Shown: piece after piece, positions 23,158-24,000 of the stretch | Layout of the letters: every line of letters starts with the position of its first letter | How positions within the stretch are numbered: position 1 is the stretch's first letter | Source: Noviluteimonas gilva | GTDB lineage: Bacteria; Pseudomonadota; Gammaproteobacteria; Xanthomonadales; Xanthomonadaceae | Assembly: GCF_009740395.1 (NCBI RefSeq) | Contig: NZ_WOXT01000001.1 | Location: 344,464 to 368,463 of the forward strand | Direction of reading: 5' to 3' | Length of the DNA: 24,000 bases | Program-made: the position numbers and the translations under genes | The notes under the pieces: generated by a model | What the model saw: only the letters and a program-made list of their open reading frames with translations | Database searches by the model: none | Told to the model about the DNA's origin: nothing

Positions 23158-23580
23158 TTAGTCCTTCTCTTTGCCGATGACGGCGCCGGTCTTGGCGTCG
23201 ATCTTCACCTCGACGTCCTTGCCGGCCGGGTCGTCGGCCTCGGCGTTCCAGACGCCATCCTCGTAATCGACGTCATGGACGTTGGTGTAGCCGGCGGCCG
23301 TGAGCTTGGCGGTCACCGAGGCCTGGTTGAGGTTGGCGACCTGCTCGTCGGGATAGACCGCGCCGGTCTTGGCATCCAGGCGCACGTCGACGTGGTTGCC
23401 GTCCGCGCTCTTGGCGTCGGCCTTCCACACGCCGTCTTCGAACTTCACGTCGTTGACCTTCGTGTAGCCCTCGGCTTCGAGCTTGGCGCGGATCTGCGGT
23501 TCGGTGAGCACGGCTTGCTGCGCGAAGGCGGTGCCGGTGGCGCAGGCGAGCACCAACAGGAAAAGGGTCTTGCGCTTCAT
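23158..23580 (-). CDS. Secreted protein with two PepSY domains
   Basis: 140 aa from MKRKTLFLLVLACATGTAFA|QQ. Two repeats: (IRAKLEAEGYTKVNDVKFEDGVWKADAKSADGNHVDVRLDAKTGAV) and (VTAKLTAAGYTNVHDVDYEDGVWNAEADDPAGKDVEVKIDAKTGAV). The upstream part of track ORF 23158..23970 was discarded. Confidence 0.82.
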   Translation of the reverse strand: MKRKTLFLLVLACATGTAFAQQAVLTEPQIRAKLEAEGYTKVNDVKFEDGVWKADAKSADGNHVDVRLDAKTGAVYPDEQVANLNQASVTAKLTAAGYTNVHDVDYEDGVWNAEADDPAGKDVEVKIDAKTGAVIGKEKD

Positions 23581-23707
23581 CGGGCGACTCTCGTTGTTGT
23601 TGGAAACGGCCGCCAGTCTCGGCATCGCAACGCGAATCGAGGATGAAATGCGCGAAGTGCGATCACGCAGCGTTGCGATAGTTGCACGTGGCGTGAAGAA
23701 TGCAGGC

Positions 23708-24000
23708 ATGTGGTCCTTCCTGATTCCCGCGCACGACGAAGCACCGTTGATCGGCGCCACGCTCGATGCGATCCACGCGGCCGCGCACGATTGCGGGGTC
23801 GCGTACGAGTTGATCGTCGTGGACGACGACTCGACGGATGCCACGGGCGATGTCGCGCGTGCGCATGGCGCACAAGTCGTTCGCGTTGCCTTCCGCCATA
23901 TCGCGGCGACGCGCAATGCCGGAGCCGCGGCGGCAACGGGCACCCGGCTGTGCTTCGTCGATGCGGACACGCTGATCGATGCACGCTTGCTGCGTGCGGC
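23708..24000 (+). CDS. Family 2 glycosyltransferase, N-terminal fragment (continues past window end)
   Basis: Own translation: MWSFLIPAHDEAPLIGATLDAIHAAAHDCGVAYELIVVDDDSTDATGDVARAHGAQVVRVAFRHIAATRNAGAAAATGTRLCFVDADTLI, the GT-A fold pattern (IPA.nE, VVDD.StD, R N.G, FvDAD). An in-frame ATG at 23648 has a GAGGA RBS, but the intervening codons have low GC3 (about 47%), so 23708 is preferred. Confidence 0.75.
   Translation, partial: MWSFLIPAHDEAPLIGATLDAIHAAAHDCGVAYELIVVDDDSTDATGDVARAHGAQVVRVAFRHIAATRNAGAAAATGTRLCFVDADTLIDARLLRA

Overview
A 24 kb high-GC segment (by eye about 65-70% GC) of gammaproteobacterial chromosome. Gene content and intergenic hairpins resemble Xanthomonadales/Lysobacterales, but that assignment is inference only. 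I support 30 protein-coding genes, two of them truncated by the window edges, and several hairpin terminators. I found no rRNA, tRNA, CRISPR array, IS element, integrase or prophage module. Most long ORFs in the six-frame track are off-frame or antisense artefacts of high GC, recognisable by their Arg/Ala/Gly/Pro-rich translations; real genes were picked by recognisable domains, GC3 bias, RBS and start context. Gene order: aceF-like E2 (partial), DUF2884, OmpW, DMT/EamA, DUF1415, an operon of ECF sigma / membrane protein / rsmC-like / rsuA, and two small proteins. Next comes a co-directional block: two paralogous small secreted beta-sandwich proteins, cNMP-EAL, a TonB-dependent receptor and a PQQ-type dehydrogenase lipoprotein. 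Then an Atm1-type ABC exporter coupled to an NRDE/TANGO2-family gene, DUF4031, DUF3297, an orphan PilU-like ATPase and YciI. After those sit a lower-GC mini-islet (HNH nuclease plus solo PemK/YifN-like protein), a YadGH-like ABC-2 exporter, GAF-GGDEF, a PepSY protein and a GT2 (partial). Items most worth follow-up: (1) the one-nucleotide stop/start coupling of the Atm1-type ABC exporter to the NRDE/TANGO2-family gene; (2) the HNH + antitoxin-less PemK-like islet with a structured 3' region; (3) the cNMP-gated EAL / TonB receptor / tandem small secreted protein block; (4) the ECF sigma operon fused to 16S rRNA modification genes; (5) recurrent intergenic hairpins with a duplicated arm that allows alternative pairing. 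All family assignments rest on motif recognition from memory. No database search was possible, so none of the novelty claims is verified.
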